From a virus, in IMG/VR virus record IMGVR_UViG_3300042449_000993, positions 1 to 64,000 of that record: a stretch of DNA of 64,000 nucleotides; one strand, written 5' to 3'. Under the pieces are notes generated by a model. The model saw only the letters and a program-made list of their open reading frames with translations. It did not search any database and had not been told where the DNA came from. Below, piece after piece: positions 25,099 to 33,788 of the stretch. Numbering within the stretch: the first letter of the stretch is position 1; each line of letters opens with the position of its first letter. The position numbers and the translations under genes were made by a program.

Positions 25099-25108
25099 TT
25101 CTTGCTGG

Positions 25109-25137
25109 TTTACTTTTGCTTTGATTTGTTTTATACT
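25109..25137 (+). promoter_or_regulatory. sigma70-type promoter
   Basis: TTTACT-17nt-TATACT. Confidence 0.6.
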
Positions 25138-25175
25138 ATTGTTGTCCGTTATTAATTTGTTATGGAGTTTTGAAA

Positions 25176-25598
25176 ATGGCTAATCCTACTCGAAAGATGA
25201 TTGAAGTGTATGAGATGTTGAAGGACGGCAAGCCGCTGAAGTTCGATACTCTTGTTTCGCGACTCGGCTGCAAGCCTGTGACCGCGATGGTCTTGATTTG
25301 TGCATTGAAGCGTGACTGCGATGCTGAAATTGAGACGATCCGCGATGGTCGTAAGGTTGACTCGTATCAGTTGCATAATGCTGCTGCTATTGCGAGCAAG
25401 ATGGTCGGTAAGAGCAAGGCAACCAAGGCACCGAAGGCTGCGAAGGTCGCTGTGCTGAAGACCAAGACCACCGTCGGTCGTAAGCCGAAGGCTGTTGTGA
25501 CCGATGAGGTTCCGACGGTCGAGGTTGAAGAGGTTGGGTTCGATGAACTTGCCTCGCTGAAGGCTGAGTTGGGTCTGGGCGATTCTTATTCGGAGTAA
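25176..25598 (+). CDS. Putative winged-helix DNA-binding protein with Lys/Ala-rich linker and acidic tail
   Basis: GGAG RBS; helix-helix-helix-wing pattern (inference). Confidence 0.5.
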   Translation: MANPTRKMIEVYEMLKDGKPLKFDTLVSRLGCKPVTAMVLICALKRDCDAEIETIRDGRKVDSYQLHNAAAIASKMVGKSKATKAPKAAKVAVLKTKTTVGRKPKAVVTDEVPTVEVEEVGFDELASLKAELGLGDSYSE

Positions 25599-25611
25599 GA
25601 ATTGTTCTAGC

Positions 25612-25640
25612 AAAGTGGGGACTTCGGTCCCCACTTTTTT
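25612..25640 (+). terminator. Rho-independent terminator
   Basis: AAAGTGGGGAC-TTCG-GTCCCCACTTT followed by T-tract. Confidence 0.85.
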
Positions 25641-25653
25641 CTACAGGTGAAAA

Positions 25654-25905
25654 ATGACCACAATTAATACAAATGATGATGAGTTGCTTGCAATTGAAGT
25701 TGCTTATGGCGAACTCACTCGCAAGTTTGCAGAAGAAGGCATCAATCCATTTGCCTGCGCTGCAGTAATGACCAAGTTGGCATTCATGATATACAAGACT
25801 TCATTGAATGCTGAAGACTACAATTCAATGATCAATGCTATCTCAGACAGCCGAGATGAAATCAAATCATTTGAAGAATATGGAACTGCAGGAAGATTGA
25901 ACTGA
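25654..25905 (+). CDS. Hypothetical protein
   Basis: AGGTG RBS. Confidence 0.65.
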   Translation: MTTINTNDDELLAIEVAYGELTRKFAEEGINPFACAAVMTKLAFMIYKTSLNAEDYNSMINAISDSRDEIKSFEEYGTAGRLN

Positions 25906-26432
25906 TGATTATTTTTATCATTACAATCACTCTTGCCTGGTGGTTGACTAAAATGTTCTGGGGTGACAAAGTCGGAAAGTATAGTTTGTTTCTATATGTT
26001 CCAATTGGATTGTTTGGTGCATTTTTAAGTCTTGCCGATGAGAGTGGTAGTGAGTTATTCAGTCTTGGATTTGCACTATCATTAATCTTTGCATTCTGTT
26101 TTGTTGCGATTAATGTTCTTGCAATAATCATTGTTGCATTTCGTAAGATGGACTGGTCTAATCCCGAACATCAACGAGCATTTTTGCAAGGATTATTCGG
26201 CGCATTTTCTAAAGGTGGTGGCTCTTTCTCGCATTCCAGTGATGATTATGGTTCATATGTGATTCAATATCGTCGTCATGGAAGTTGGATTGATGGTCCA
26301 GGATCAAACGATGAGCGCATTGCTGAATCGATGTTCGATAACTTCATTGCGAATGATCCACGTGGCGAAAATCGATGCCGTTTGGTTTATAAAGTCAATG
26401 GTCGTGTTGATCAAGTTTTGAGTGTGAATTGA
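25905..26432 (+). CDS. Membrane protein (3 predicted TM segments)
   Basis: Hydrophobic N-terminal half. Confidence 0.65.
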   Translation: MIIFIITITLAWWLTKMFWGDKVGKYSLFLYVPIGLFGAFLSLADESGSELFSLGFALSLIFAFCFVAINVLAIIIVAFRKMDWSNPEHQRAFLQGLFGAFSKGGGSFSHSSDDYGSYVIQYRRHGSWIDGPGSNDERIAESMFDNFIANDPRGENRCRLVYKVNGRVDQVLSVN

Positions 26433-26635
26433 TGAATATCACAAAGATCATAATGTCGTTAGAACCAAAACAACAAACGTTCATCAATCGAAAATCTAAC
26501 TTAACATTACAAAATCATTTGAGTACGATTCGCTCTATCGCGCATCACATGAGCAATAGAAAATTTAGAATCAACAAAATCTCACCAAGCATCTACACAA
26601 ATAAGTGTGGTGCATTAATCACTCGAGTCAAATAA
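26432..26635 (+). CDS. Hypothetical basic protein
   Basis: Coupled ORF. Confidence 0.5.
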   Translation: MNITKIIMSLEPKQQTFINRKSNLTLQNHLSTIRSIAHHMSNRKFRINKISPSIYTNKCGALITRVK

Positions 26636-26892
26636 TGAATCGTCAATGGCGTCTTGCTGATAAAAACAATCATTACTATCATCAGTCTCACAATGGATTG
26701 ATTGTAGGTCATGCATACAACGTTGTTCATACGATTGTTTGGGGTGCAAAGATTCCAATCAATGCTGCTGAGGAATTGATCCTCGGTCAGTATGTTGAAT
26801 TAGAATATGCTAAACGAGCAATTGAAGAGTATTGGGAAGAGAAAGATCGAACATTAGAGGTTCCGCATGAATATCTTTTATCTAAATCGTGA
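26635..26892 (+). CDS. Hypothetical protein
   Basis: TAATG-coupled ORF. Confidence 0.55.
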   Translation: MNRQWRLADKNNHYYHQSHNGLIVGHAYNVVHTIVWGAKIPINAAEELILGQYVELEYAKRAIEEYWEEKDRTLEVPHEYLLSKS

Positions 26893-27415
26893 TACAAAAG
26901 TCTGCGCTCAAGAGCATTGCGACAAACATGTCGTAAAGATGATCGTTGAGTATGCGCAATTGATGTCAACTGCTCATCGCATTCTAGATGGCAATCACTA
27001 TTTCGACAAAAGCAAAAATAATCGAAAGATTCATCGCTGGAAGTTAGATCAGTATCGTGAAGGTACGATGTATCATGCAGTGAGTTGGAATCATCCCTCG
27101 GCTATTTGGGTTCGCGAGTCTTTCGATCACTATCAATGGCTCTGGAATATGGCTTCTGAACTCTGTCAGGAATATCGTCATCGTTATGGTGGCGCAAATG
27201 ATAAGCAGCACAAGTCCTCGCTAGTCATTCAGAAACTCAGTTTTGCTCCTGATAACATTCCTCGAACTGGAATCTTTTCCGAGCCACCACAAGCCATGCC
27301 AGAGGATGTAAAGGTTCCTGGAGACTCGATCACTGCATATAAAAACTATTATCGAGTCTACAAGAAACGTTTTGCTAAATGGACCAATCGCGAGGTTCCT
27401 TCGTGGTATAAATAA
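26867..27415 (+). CDS. Pyrimidine-dimer DNA glycosylase / endonuclease V-like protein
   Basis: MNIFYL...HCDKHVVKMIVEYAQLMSTAH, NHPSAIW, PPQAMP. Confidence 0.75.
   Translation: MNIFYLNRDTKVCAQEHCDKHVVKMIVEYAQLMSTAHRILDGNHYFDKSKNNRKIHRWKLDQYREGTMYHAVSWNHPSAIWVRESFDHYQWLWNMASELCQEYRHRYGGANDKQHKSSLVIQKLSFAPDNIPRTGIFSEPPQAMPEDVKVPGDSITAYKNYYRVYKKRFAKWTNREVPSWYK
27407..27414 (+). promoter_or_regulatory. T4-type late promoter
   Basis: TATAAATA directly before ATG 27420. Confidence 0.7.
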
Positions 27416-27419
27416 GAGG

Positions 27420-28037
27420 ATGAAGAAATTCCTCGATTATCTACAAGAAGAAACCGCGAAAGCCCATGGGCTCCATGTATTCGACGTGGACGATACTCTT
27501 TTTCACACGACTGCCAAGATCCGTGTGATGAAGGGAAAGAAACAAGTCGCTTCTCTTTCTAATTCAGAATACAATACGCACAAACTTCCAGATGGTCATC
27601 ACTATGACTTCTCGGAGTTTCGTTCTTCAGAAAAGTTCGATACTGAATCAAAACCAAATCAGCGTATGATTCAGAAGATGAAGCAATTGCACGACAAAAC
27701 AAAGAAGGCTGGCGGCAAAGTCATTATCAATACCGCTCGCGCTGACTTCGACGATAAAGATCGTTTTCTAGATGCTTTCCGCAAGCACAAAGTCGACATT
27801 GATAATATTCATGTTCACCGTGCAGGTAATATGAAAACTTCAGGCACTGTTGCTGATAAGAAAGCATCAATCATTCGCAATCAAATTCAAAAGGGAAATT
27901 ATAAACATGTTTCTCTTTATGACGACAGCGAACAAAATCTCAAGTCATTTTTAGATTTGAAGAAAGAATTTCCGCACATTAATTTTAATGCGCATCACGT
28001 GAAGCCAGATGGAAAGTCCAAACGTTACACTGGGTGA
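27420..28037 (+). CDS. HAD-superfamily phosphatase-like protein
   Basis: FDVDDTL motif I, TAR motif II, YDD motif IV. Confidence 0.75.
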   Translation: MKKFLDYLQEETAKAHGLHVFDVDDTLFHTTAKIRVMKGKKQVASLSNSEYNTHKLPDGHHYDFSEFRSSEKFDTESKPNQRMIQKMKQLHDKTKKAGGKVIINTARADFDDKDRFLDAFRKHKVDIDNIHVHRAGNMKTSGTVADKKASIIRNQIQKGNYKHVSLYDDSEQNLKSFLDLKKEFPHINFNAHHVKPDGKSKRYTG

Positions 28038-28040
28038 TAT

Positions 28041-28370
28041 ATGCCAATTTATGAGTTTGTGAATACAAAGACAAAGAAACTTGAAGAACATTCAATGTCT
28101 ATTTCTGCCTACGATCAGTTCAAGGCAGATAATCCGCATCTAGAAAGATATTACAGCGAACCACCATTGTATAGTTACAGTGGCACTGGTGATTTTGCAG
28201 GAAAGAAAACCGATAACACTTGGAAAGAAGTCATGAGCAAGATTGCTGAACAGAATCCTCGCTCGCCTCTTGCTGATAAAGTTTTGCGCAAGGACACCAA
28301 GCGCATTAAGACTGATCAAGTGTTAGAAAAGCATCGTAAAAAGCAAGCCGCTGCTCGAGCAGGGAAGTGA
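28041..28370 (+). CDS. FmdB-like small protein upstream of phoH
   Basis: MPIYEF start; position typical of T4-like phages. Confidence 0.55.
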   Translation: MPIYEFVNTKTKKLEEHSMSISAYDQFKADNPHLERYYSEPPLYSYSGTGDFAGKKTDNTWKEVMSKIAEQNPRSPLADKVLRKDTKRIKTDQVLEKHRKKQAAARAGK

Positions 28371-28377
28371 GGGGGTT

Positions 28378-29133
28378 TTGAGCAAGAAGAAAAATGGAAA
28401 CACTAACACTTACATCGAAATAACGTCGGAAACTACGGAGAAAAAGCCACCGCGAATCAAAGCAGCGGAATTGAAAAAGTTCGAACCACTCACACCAAAT
28501 CAGGCAAAATTCTTTGAAGCCTATGCTCGTGGAGATTACTTCACGATGCTCTGTGGTTCAGCAGGTACTGGTAAATCATTCATTGCATGTTACAAAGCAA
28601 TTGAAGAAGTTCTTGATCGCTCATCACCATTTCATCGCATCGTGATTGTTCGCTCTGCTGTTCAGTCTCGTGATCTTGGATTCACTCCAGGATCCGTAGA
28701 AGAAAAGATGAGTTTGTATGAACAACCATATATGCAAATCTGTCATACGCTGTTTGGTCGTCGTGATGCATATGACGCAATGAAGGAATGCGGTCGTATT
28801 GAGTTTATCTCTACTAGTTTCATTCGTGGTATGAGTTTCGATGATGCTGTGATCATCGTCGACGAATGTCAGAATATGACTTGGGAAGAATTGACAACAA
28901 TTATGACTCGTGTTGGTCATCGTTCTAAGATCATCTTCTGTGGCGATTACAAACAGACAGATTTATATCGCAATACCAAGGACAAGAGTGGACTTCGAAA
29001 GTTCCACGAAGTTGCCAAGACTATGAAGTCGTTCACCAATATCGAGTTTACGACAGAGGATATCGTCCGCAGTAGTCTTGTCAAGGACTTCTTGATTGCT
29101 GTTGAGAAATACGAAAGACAAGAAAATACTTGA
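28378..29133 (+). CDS. phoH: PhoH-family ATPase
   Basis: GSAGTGKS, LGFTPGS, RGMSFDDAVIIVDECQN, GDYKQTD. Confidence 0.95.
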   Translation: MSKKKNGNTNTYIEITSETTEKKPPRIKAAELKKFEPLTPNQAKFFEAYARGDYFTMLCGSAGTGKSFIACYKAIEEVLDRSSPFHRIVIVRSAVQSRDLGFTPGSVEEKMSLYEQPYMQICHTLFGRRDAYDAMKECGRIEFISTSFIRGMSFDDAVIIVDECQNMTWEELTTIMTRVGHRSKIIFCGDYKQTDLYRNTKDKSGLRKFHEVAKTMKSFTNIEFTTEDIVRSSLVKDFLIAVEKYERQENT

Positions 29134-29158
29134 CTTTTACTTGACTTTGTTATACAAT
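29130..29158 (+). promoter_or_regulatory. sigma70-type promoter
   Basis: TTGACT-17nt-TACAAT. Confidence 0.65.
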
Positions 29159-29191
29159 AGACTATGTCGGTTTTGATAGAGATACTTTATA

Positions 29192-29878
29192 ATGTTTAAC
29201 CATATACACCATGATTTCCCCAAACTCTTGCAAGAGAACGTCGACGGCACTCGCTGTTATGTAACACCAACAGGGGAAAAGTATCCTTCTGTCACGACAG
29301 TTCTTTCTGATTATGGGAAAGAAGCAATTCTAGAATGGCGCAAGAGAGTCGGTGAAGCCAAAGCAAACGAAGTCTCTCGCAAAGCCACCACTCGAGGGAC
29401 TAGCGTCCACAAAGCACTCGAGATGTATCTTAAGAATGAGGACATCTCCTCTCTCGAAATGTTGCCGAACGTCAAGTCTCTTTTCGTTCGAATGAAGCAA
29501 GAAATAGATGCAAAGGTCAATAACATCCATTGCTTGGAAGATCGTTTGTTCTCTCACGAACTCAAACTTGCTGGAACCGTAGACTGTATTGCGGAACATA
29601 ACGGCATTCTTTCTGTGATCGACTTTAAGACTTCCGTTCGCCTCAAGAAGAAAGAAAACATCGGCAACTACTTTATGCAAGCCGCTGCCTATCGCCAGAT
29701 GTTCTACGAGATGACTGGTCTAGATGCCAAGCAAGTCATTATTCTGATTGGTGTTGATACGGCGAACTTTTGCCAAACTCTTGTCGTAAAAGAGGATGAG
29801 TTAGAACTCCACAAGCAAGAATTACTGAAATACATCGAGGCATATCGAACCAAGAATAATTTGCCCTTGCTTGCGTAA
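29192..29878 (+). CDS. PD-(D/E)XK exonuclease
   Basis: YPSVTTVL, RGTSVH, AGTVDCI, IDFKTS. Confidence 0.9.
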   Translation: MFNHIHHDFPKLLQENVDGTRCYVTPTGEKYPSVTTVLSDYGKEAILEWRKRVGEAKANEVSRKATTRGTSVHKALEMYLKNEDISSLEMLPNVKSLFVRMKQEIDAKVNNIHCLEDRLFSHELKLAGTVDCIAEHNGILSVIDFKTSVRLKKKENIGNYFMQAAAYRQMFYEMTGLDAKQVIILIGVDTANFCQTLVVKEDELELHKQELLKYIEAYRTKNNLPLLA

Positions 29879-29889
29879 TGTAGTACAAT
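29861..29889 (+). promoter_or_regulatory. sigma70-type promoter
   Basis: TTGCCC-17nt-TACAAT. Confidence 0.55.
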
Positions 29890-29912
29890 ATATCTGTCTT
29901 TTGGAGAATTAA

Positions 29913-30314
29913 ATGAAATGTATTCCTGTTATAATTGCAAGCCTTCTTCTTGGCTTCTCAAGCACCGTCGCAAACACCCAAAGTACGGAACAAGTGTTGG
30001 GTGCAATTGCTGGCGGCGCACTTGGCAGCACTATTGGAGACGGTGATGGGCAAAAGGCTGCTACAGTCATTGGAGCCATTATCGGTTATCGTATGGGTGA
30101 GCGTGTATTGCGTTCTGATGAACATCGTGATTTTATGAGATTGGATCAAAATGATTTTCGTCGCTGGTGTCGTTCTGAAGTTCCGCATCGCTATGAGCAA
30201 TATTCAAATCTTCGTGATCGATGGATTGCTGGATGCGTAACTCGTTTACAACGTCAACAACGCGAACTTGAAAGACAAGCATTTGAGGATGGATTAAATG
30301 GATCTGCCAATTAA
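29913..30314 (+). CDS. Glycine-zipper 2TM envelope protein
   Basis: Signal peptide then GAIAGGALGSTIGDGDGQKAATVIGAIIG. Confidence 0.75.
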   Translation: MKCIPVIIASLLLGFSSTVANTQSTEQVLGAIAGGALGSTIGDGDGQKAATVIGAIIGYRMGERVLRSDEHRDFMRLDQNDFRRWCRSEVPHRYEQYSNLRDRWIAGCVTRLQRQQRELERQAFEDGLNGSAN

Positions 30315-30458
30315 TATTGATGAATTGCGTGATGTTGTAATTGCTCTTCAAAAAGACAATCAACTTGAACTTGCTGATCGCCTCAAACTTGTTGAGCAAT
30401 TAATTATCGAAGGCAAGCCATACAAGAAAATTCTTCGCGAAGAGTATGGGATTGTGGC

Positions 30459-30812
30459 GTGACTTTTGATCAAATCATTTGGACGTTTTCCCTTTGGGCT
30501 TTTTTAATCGGAACTGTCTACGCTCTCACAGGATGGCAAAAAATTATTGATTGTTACCACATGTGGTTCACTCGAGAATATTGGAAGCCATATAATATTG
30601 TTGAGGCTGCAAGTTGGTTCGCAAAAGCAATCATTATTATTCCTGGGCTCGTATTTGGAATACAAATCTGGTGGCTCTATTTTTTTGCTTTGCTAACTAG
30701 TTTGACATTGATTTGGGCATCAAATGAAAAACTTCTCCCAACATTGGTTGGATTTAACACTCTTTGGGTTTGGTTGGCAGTTGCAGTTATCGTACAAAAT
30801 TTAATCAATTAA
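30459..30812 (+). CDS. Small integral membrane protein
   Basis: Four hydrophobic segments. Confidence 0.65.
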   Translation: MTFDQIIWTFSLWAFLIGTVYALTGWQKIIDCYHMWFTREYWKPYNIVEAASWFAKAIIIIPGLVFGIQIWWLYFFALLTSLTLIWASNEKLLPTLVGFNTLWVWLAVAVIVQNLIN

Positions 30813-30932
30813 TTTTACCTATCATTTCGATTAAATTAATTTATCGCAAAAACGATGAATTGTAGTAGCATTTTGCATATATACGTTTGTGTATAGGTTT
30901 CGTATAGGTTTTCATTATACAGGAGTTTGAAA

Positions 30933-31517
30933 ATGAATAGAATGAAGACAGTTGGAGATAAGGTAAAGAATTTCGCAGTTACTGGTGTCAAGCCAGGAGC
31001 ATTGACGCCAGATAATGCTTTTGAAACGATTACAGATCTTTCTTTTGAAGGTAAGTGGAAGGTCGTTGTGTTTTATCCAAAGGACTTCACCTTTGTTTGC
31101 CCAACAGAAATCGTTGCCTATGATAAGTTGAATTCAGACTTTGCTGACCGCGATGCGGTTCTTTTGATCGGTTCAACAGACAACGAGTTCTGTAAGTTGG
31201 CATGGAAGAATGCTCACGAAGATCTAAAGAAAACCACTTGCTGGTTCTTTGCTGATACAGCACGCGACCTTGAAGATGTTTGGGACGAAGATACACAAAG
31301 TCTGGTTCAACAACTTGGTGTATTCTACAAGCCAGCAGGTGCTGCTCTTCGTGCAACATTCATTGTCGATCCTGACAATATCATTCAGCATGTGACTGTG
31401 AATAATCTAAACGTCGGACGCAATCCAGAGGAAACACTTCGTATCCTCGATGCTTTGCAGACGGGTGAACTTTGCCAGTGCAATCGTCAGGTTGGTGAAG
31501 CAACTCTCTCAAAATAA
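30933..31517 (+). CDS. ahpC: Peroxiredoxin AhpC
   Basis: FYPKDFTFVCPTEI, ALRATFIVDP, GRNPEETLR, resolving LCQC; exact start uncertain (30927-30942). Confidence 0.95.
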   Translation: MNRMKTVGDKVKNFAVTGVKPGALTPDNAFETITDLSFEGKWKVVVFYPKDFTFVCPTEIVAYDKLNSDFADRDAVLLIGSTDNEFCKLAWKNAHEDLKKTTCWFFADTARDLEDVWDEDTQSLVQQLGVFYKPAGAALRATFIVDPDNIIQHVTVNNLNVGRNPEETLRILDALQTGELCQCNRQVGEATLSK

Positions 31518-31532
31518 AGGAAAGAAACTTAA

Positions 31533-31781
31533 ATGAAAAAACTAATCATTGGATTGATGATGTTATCTGCGCCAGCGATGGCTCAAGATCGTGTGGCTCA
31601 GTATGACTTTGACAAGGACGGCAAAGTTTCATTTGAAGATGTAAATCGTTATTGCACAGTATCAAAGGGTCTCTTTGATCGTGCTGATAAGGATGGTGAT
31701 GGCTTTTTAACAAATGCAGAAATGCGTCAAGCAAGACGTTATTTGTTTGATCGCTGCATGGAAGTACCAAAGGACGCTTAA
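31533..31781 (+). CDS. Secreted EF-hand protein
   Basis: Signal peptide; DFDKDGKVSFED and DKDGDGFLTNAE loops. Confidence 0.8.
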   Translation: MKKLIIGLMMLSAPAMAQDRVAQYDFDKDGKVSFEDVNRYCTVSKGLFDRADKDGDGFLTNAEMRQARRYLFDRCMEVPKDA

Positions 31782-31784
31782 TTT

Positions 31785-31937
31785 ATGTCTAACAAACAAG
31801 TCGATCATGTTTGCATTATTTGCGGATGGAAGTATGACGGTAGATATGGAGATTGGGAAAGTTTAACTGATGACTTTGAATGTCCAGAATGTCGCTCAGA
31901 GAAAGACTTGTTTGAAGAGAAGGAGATAAAAGAATGA
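31785..31937 (+). CDS. Rubredoxin (50 aa, not in ORF track)
   Basis: CIICGWKYD...WESLTDDFECPEC...F. Confidence 0.85.
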   Translation: MSNKQVDHVCIICGWKYDGRYGDWESLTDDFECPECRSEKDLFEEKEIKE

Positions 31938-32446
31938 ATTGGGTCAATGTAGTTAAAGAAGGTCTACCAGATTACGCAAAAGATACAAAGTTGAATCTTG
32001 ATGCAGTGTTACTTCGCAGTTCCCTTGACCCATTGGTTGCGCAAGGATGCGCACTTGCAGCAGCATTTGCCGCAGGTAATTCTCGATTAGCAACAGCAAT
32101 CGACGCAGAGTTCGAGGACCGTAAGGAAGCGGACGCTGCGTTGACTGCTGCTGCAATTATGGCTCAAAATAATGTTTGGTATCCATACGTTGAAATGGCT
32201 GATGATCCTGCGCTTAAAGGATTGCCTGCATTACTTCGTATGAATGGAATTATTAATCACGGTGGCACTTCAAAGGTCAATTTTGAAGCATATTCTCTCG
32301 CTGCCTCAATCGTAGGCAAATGCCACTTCTGTGTAAAGGCGCACTATGATACTCTCAAGAAAGAGGGTATGACAGTTGAGCAACTCCGCGACGTCGGTCG
32401 TATTGCTGCAGTTGTCAATTCAGTCGCAAAAGTTCTTGCTGGCTAA
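31934..32446 (+). CDS. ahpD: Alkylhydroperoxidase AhpD
   Basis: LPDYAKDTKLNL, MAQNNVWY, SIVGKCHFCVKAH. Confidence 0.9.
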   Translation: MNWVNVVKEGLPDYAKDTKLNLDAVLLRSSLDPLVAQGCALAAAFAAGNSRLATAIDAEFEDRKEADAALTAAAIMAQNNVWYPYVEMADDPALKGLPALLRMNGIINHGGTSKVNFEAYSLAASIVGKCHFCVKAHYDTLKKEGMTVEQLRDVGRIAAVVNSVAKVLAG

Positions 32447-32481
32447 ATAATACTACCTTTTTCTATTATTGGGAGTATAAT

Positions 32482-32640
32482 ATGTCTGAAGTGAAACAAT
32501 ATCCATGCGCATGCGGACGCAGTCCAACTGGCTATTGCGTTGGCTTGCATGCAATGACAACTGAGCAGTACAAGAGATATCTTGAGGAGCAGCAGAAGTC
32601 GTTGAATGAGCAAACCAAACCACAGTTTCTAATTGACTAA
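32482..32640 (+). CDS. CDGSH-like iron-sulfur protein (52 aa, not in ORF track)
   Basis: GGGAG RBS; CACGRSPTGYCVGLH. Confidence 0.7.
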   Translation: MSEVKQYPCACGRSPTGYCVGLHAMTTEQYKRYLEEQQKSLNEQTKPQFLID

Positions 32641-32799
32641 AGAATAATATTATGAAGATTGAAGTGAATGAAAATACCGTTGAAGTGCATGTTGACAAAG
32701 AAGTCAGGAAAGAATTGACTGAACTCGGCATCGATGTTGACAAAGAAATTCAACAAGGTATTGAGCGGGGTTTGTCTGGACAAGTAATAGATCAAAAAT

Positions 32800-33085
32800 A
32801 ATGGTTGTAAACTGACAACTAAAGGTGTTCTGGACTCGGGTTCGACCCCCGACATCTCCACCAAATGCCCATCACCTCTGCAGTAATGTACGTGATGGCT
32901 ATCTGACGGGGATGAATTTGGCTTCGACAGGGCAAGTAATAACCTGACAGCAACCAGTGAGGCGACTGACTCAATCAGCGCAAAAAACGTAAATGCAAAC
33001 GATGATTCATTTACACCTATGGCTCTCGCTGCCTAATAAGCACATTGAGTACAAAGAGTTGACCGCTCGGTAACAGAAAGGTCTG
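32800..33085 (+). ncRNA. ssrA: Circularly permuted (two-piece) tmRNA; outer ends approximate
   Basis: T-arm and CATCTCC-A-CCA end at 32863, before the 5' GGGGATG at 32908 (G3:U70). Tag ORF 32995-33036 reads ANDDSFTPMALAA*. Confidence 0.9.
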
Positions 33086-33116
33086 GGGTGGTGGTGCGAA
33101 CCACCACCCTTTTCTT
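33086..33116 (+). terminator. Rho-independent terminator after tmRNA
   Basis: GGGTGGTGGT-GCGA-ACCACCACCC followed by T-tract. Confidence 0.85.
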
Positions 33117-33128
33117 TCCACTGCAATA

Positions 33129-33782
33129 ATGGAGACTCGAAACATGAATGCAGTAGATATATTACATAATGTTGAAAAATATTTTGATCGCAATCACAAT
33201 TTGTTCTGTATGTGGGGTGGATTATTCTGCCTAATATTTTTCGGAATCTTTATACCATACAGAATGTTAGCAATACAAGAAGCATCCCTGACTGCTCAAC
33301 TGTCAGCATATCAAACTCAGAATACATATCTTGCTACCCAAGTCAATGATATGTCTCGCGAGATGAAATTCTTGCAACTCAGTTATGACGAAAAGCAAAA
33401 AGTCATGCGAGAGGTCGATTGCCTTGCGAAGAACATTTACTTCGAAGCAAAGGGCGAACCACGGGCTGGTAAAATTGCAGTTGCTGAAGTGACGATGAAT
33501 CGCGTCAAGAGCAAGCAATTCCCTCGTTCTGTTTGTGGTGTCGTCTATCAAAAGACTAAAGGTACTTGCCAATTTTCTTGGGTGTGTGAAGGCAAGAAAG
33601 CAATTATCAATCGTGCGGCATGGAAAGAGTCCTTGCAAATTGCAGAGACTATATTGATTTTAGACAGGAAGTATGGTATAATTGGATCTGCAAAGTATTT
33701 TCACGCAGATTATGTTGATCCTTCTTGGGCAGAAAAGAAGAAATTGATTCGCAAGATTGGCAATCATATATTTTATCATTGA
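33129..33782 (+). CDS. SleB-like cell wall hydrolase with N-terminal TM and coiled coil
   Basis: CLAKNIYFEAKGE, VTMNRV, CQFSW, IGNHIFY. Confidence 0.9.
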   Translation: METRNMNAVDILHNVEKYFDRNHNLFCMWGGLFCLIFFGIFIPYRMLAIQEASLTAQLSAYQTQNTYLATQVNDMSREMKFLQLSYDEKQKVMREVDCLAKNIYFEAKGEPRAGKIAVAEVTMNRVKSKQFPRSVCGVVYQKTKGTCQFSWVCEGKKAIINRAAWKESLQIAETILILDRKYGIIGSAKYFHADYVDPSWAEKKKLIRKIGNHIFYH

Positions 33783-33788
33783 GGTTCT

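Noticed and set aside
29192-29878. Exonuclease as Cas4 of a CRISPR system
   Set aside because: No Fe-S cysteine cluster, cas genes or array; this is the usual phoH-linked exonuclease of T4-like phages
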